A stretch of DNA of 64,000 bases from Eledone cirrhosa (lineage: Eukaryota): positions 3,348,001 through 3,412,000 of the forward strand of contig OZ024756.1 of NCBI GenBank assembly GCA_964016885.1. Reading direction: 5' to 3'. The notes below the pieces were generated by a model, which saw nothing but the letters and a program-made list of their open reading frames with translations, searched no databases and was not told the DNA's origin. Within the stretch, counting starts at the first letter, position 1. Each line of letters begins with the position of its first letter. The translations under genes were made by a program, and so were the position numbers. Below, piece after piece: positions 61,299 to 64,000 of this stretch.

Positions 61299-62851
61299 CA
61301 TGAATCAAGGCGTATGCTTAATCTAAGTAATTGAAATATATGTTTGAAAACATACAATGAAATATTAACAATAGTAGACAAACATACGTGTGTAATAACA
61401 CGAGTATTACTGTGTTGATACTAGAGTGTGTACGTCTCTTTTCTGTGTATGTATGTGTGTGTGTCAGAGACACACAAAAGGAATACAAAGAGAAGGAGAG
61501 AGTGCTAGAGTGTGTTAGAAGAGAAAATACGCCTGTGTTTATATTAACAATAATATATGTAAATATATAGGATGGCCAATTTCAATTGGTTGTAACCAGT
61601 GACAGAGGAATAGAAAAAATATACATACATATGCATTTGTTGTATATACGTGTATATATGTAATTCATTCACAATAAAATGTAATATAATCAAATATGTA
61701 ATAATGTGTAACATAACATAATATATATACAAACATACATACAGATATATGTGTGTGTGTGTGTGTGTGTGTCTGTGTGTGTGTGTTTACCTACTGAATG
61801 GTTTCACCATGTGTTGTGCGTTTATGTATATAATAAATAAATGAAAATACACACACACACAGGCACACATTATACATACATACAGACATACATTCACACA
61901 TACATAGTCATACATTCACTCAATACAAATACATACATATTATGTGTTTGTGTGTGCGTATATATATATATATATATATGTGTGTACATGTATATGTATA
62001 TATAGGTTAATATATGTTTGCACTGGGGTTGATTTAATCAACTTTCCCTTTCCCCAAAATTGTTGGCCTTGTGCCTAAATGCGAAACTACCACTACAAAA
62101 ACAACCACCACAGCTCAAACCAAAACAAAACAATGTCCAACCCATCCCCTCCACTCAAAAAACAAAAACAATTTCCAAAACACCCGTACCGCAAACACAA
62201 CCCGAAAATATACCCCTCCCCTCCAACGCGGAAGATGACCCTAGTTCGTCGTCAGACGAGGAGGAGCACTTCCACACAATCAAAAGAAAAAAAAGAAAAC
62301 ACACCTCAGACACATATGTTAATGTTAACATATATATATATATATATATATATTTATGCATATATGTGTTAACGTTTCGATAAAGACAATTTAAAGATAT
62401 TATGTACACAGACCTTTGTGATGGCTGTCGGAATAGGAAATCCAAAGAATTTTACAGCTGCTTCCGAATACCTCCCTTTTCATCCGTAGGAAACCTTCCT
62501 ACCTAGAGTAAGTCACACTACAGCAATAAACAGACGACAGAGAGGCAGAGGCTAACAGATTCTGATTAGGAGGACATAAGCCGTGCAGAGAAGTTTTCAC
62601 AGTCTACGCATGCGCATGGTTTGACGTCGTATAGATAGGCGTAATCATGCGTAAATTCAGAGAGAAGAAAGTTAGAAGGCAATGGAATACATAGATGGTT
62701 CTACATCCGGGGACATTTGCTTACTTCACAACCCAACCAGTTTATAATAATTGCATTTCCTCTCTATTCAAATATCTTCAAACATTTCTGTCTCATGTAT
62801 ATTGAAGTGTGTATATGTATGTGTGTGTGTGTGTGTGAGTGTGAAAAAGAA

Positions 62852-64000
<1,149 letters not shown>

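Overview
Very AT-rich eukaryotic non-coding DNA. The SINE families suggest an octopus or other cephalopod genome (inference, not a database result). No host protein-coding gene is supported, and nearly all ORFs in the track are (TA)n/(CA)n/(GA)n microsatellite artefacts. Long degenerate (TA)n arrays alternate with short islands. Many islands are 3'-end (pLTR-like) fragments of Penelope-like retroelements (PLEs) from about 10-12 sequence families. Most of these families carry a type I hammerhead ribozyme (HHR; about 30 motifs read by eye, several with non-canonical cores). The islands are typically fold-back inverted pairs whose two outer ends are both element 3' ends fused to (TA)n. One 1.5-kb near-perfect palindrome contains the C-terminal part of a GIY-YIG endonuclease, which ties family A to PLEs; the other families are assigned by architecture only. 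The window also holds two tRNA-derived SINE families, fragments of RTE, CR1, Tx1-like and CRE-like LINEs, three DNA-transposon MITEs and two minisatellites. Family letters A-Q are my own labels.
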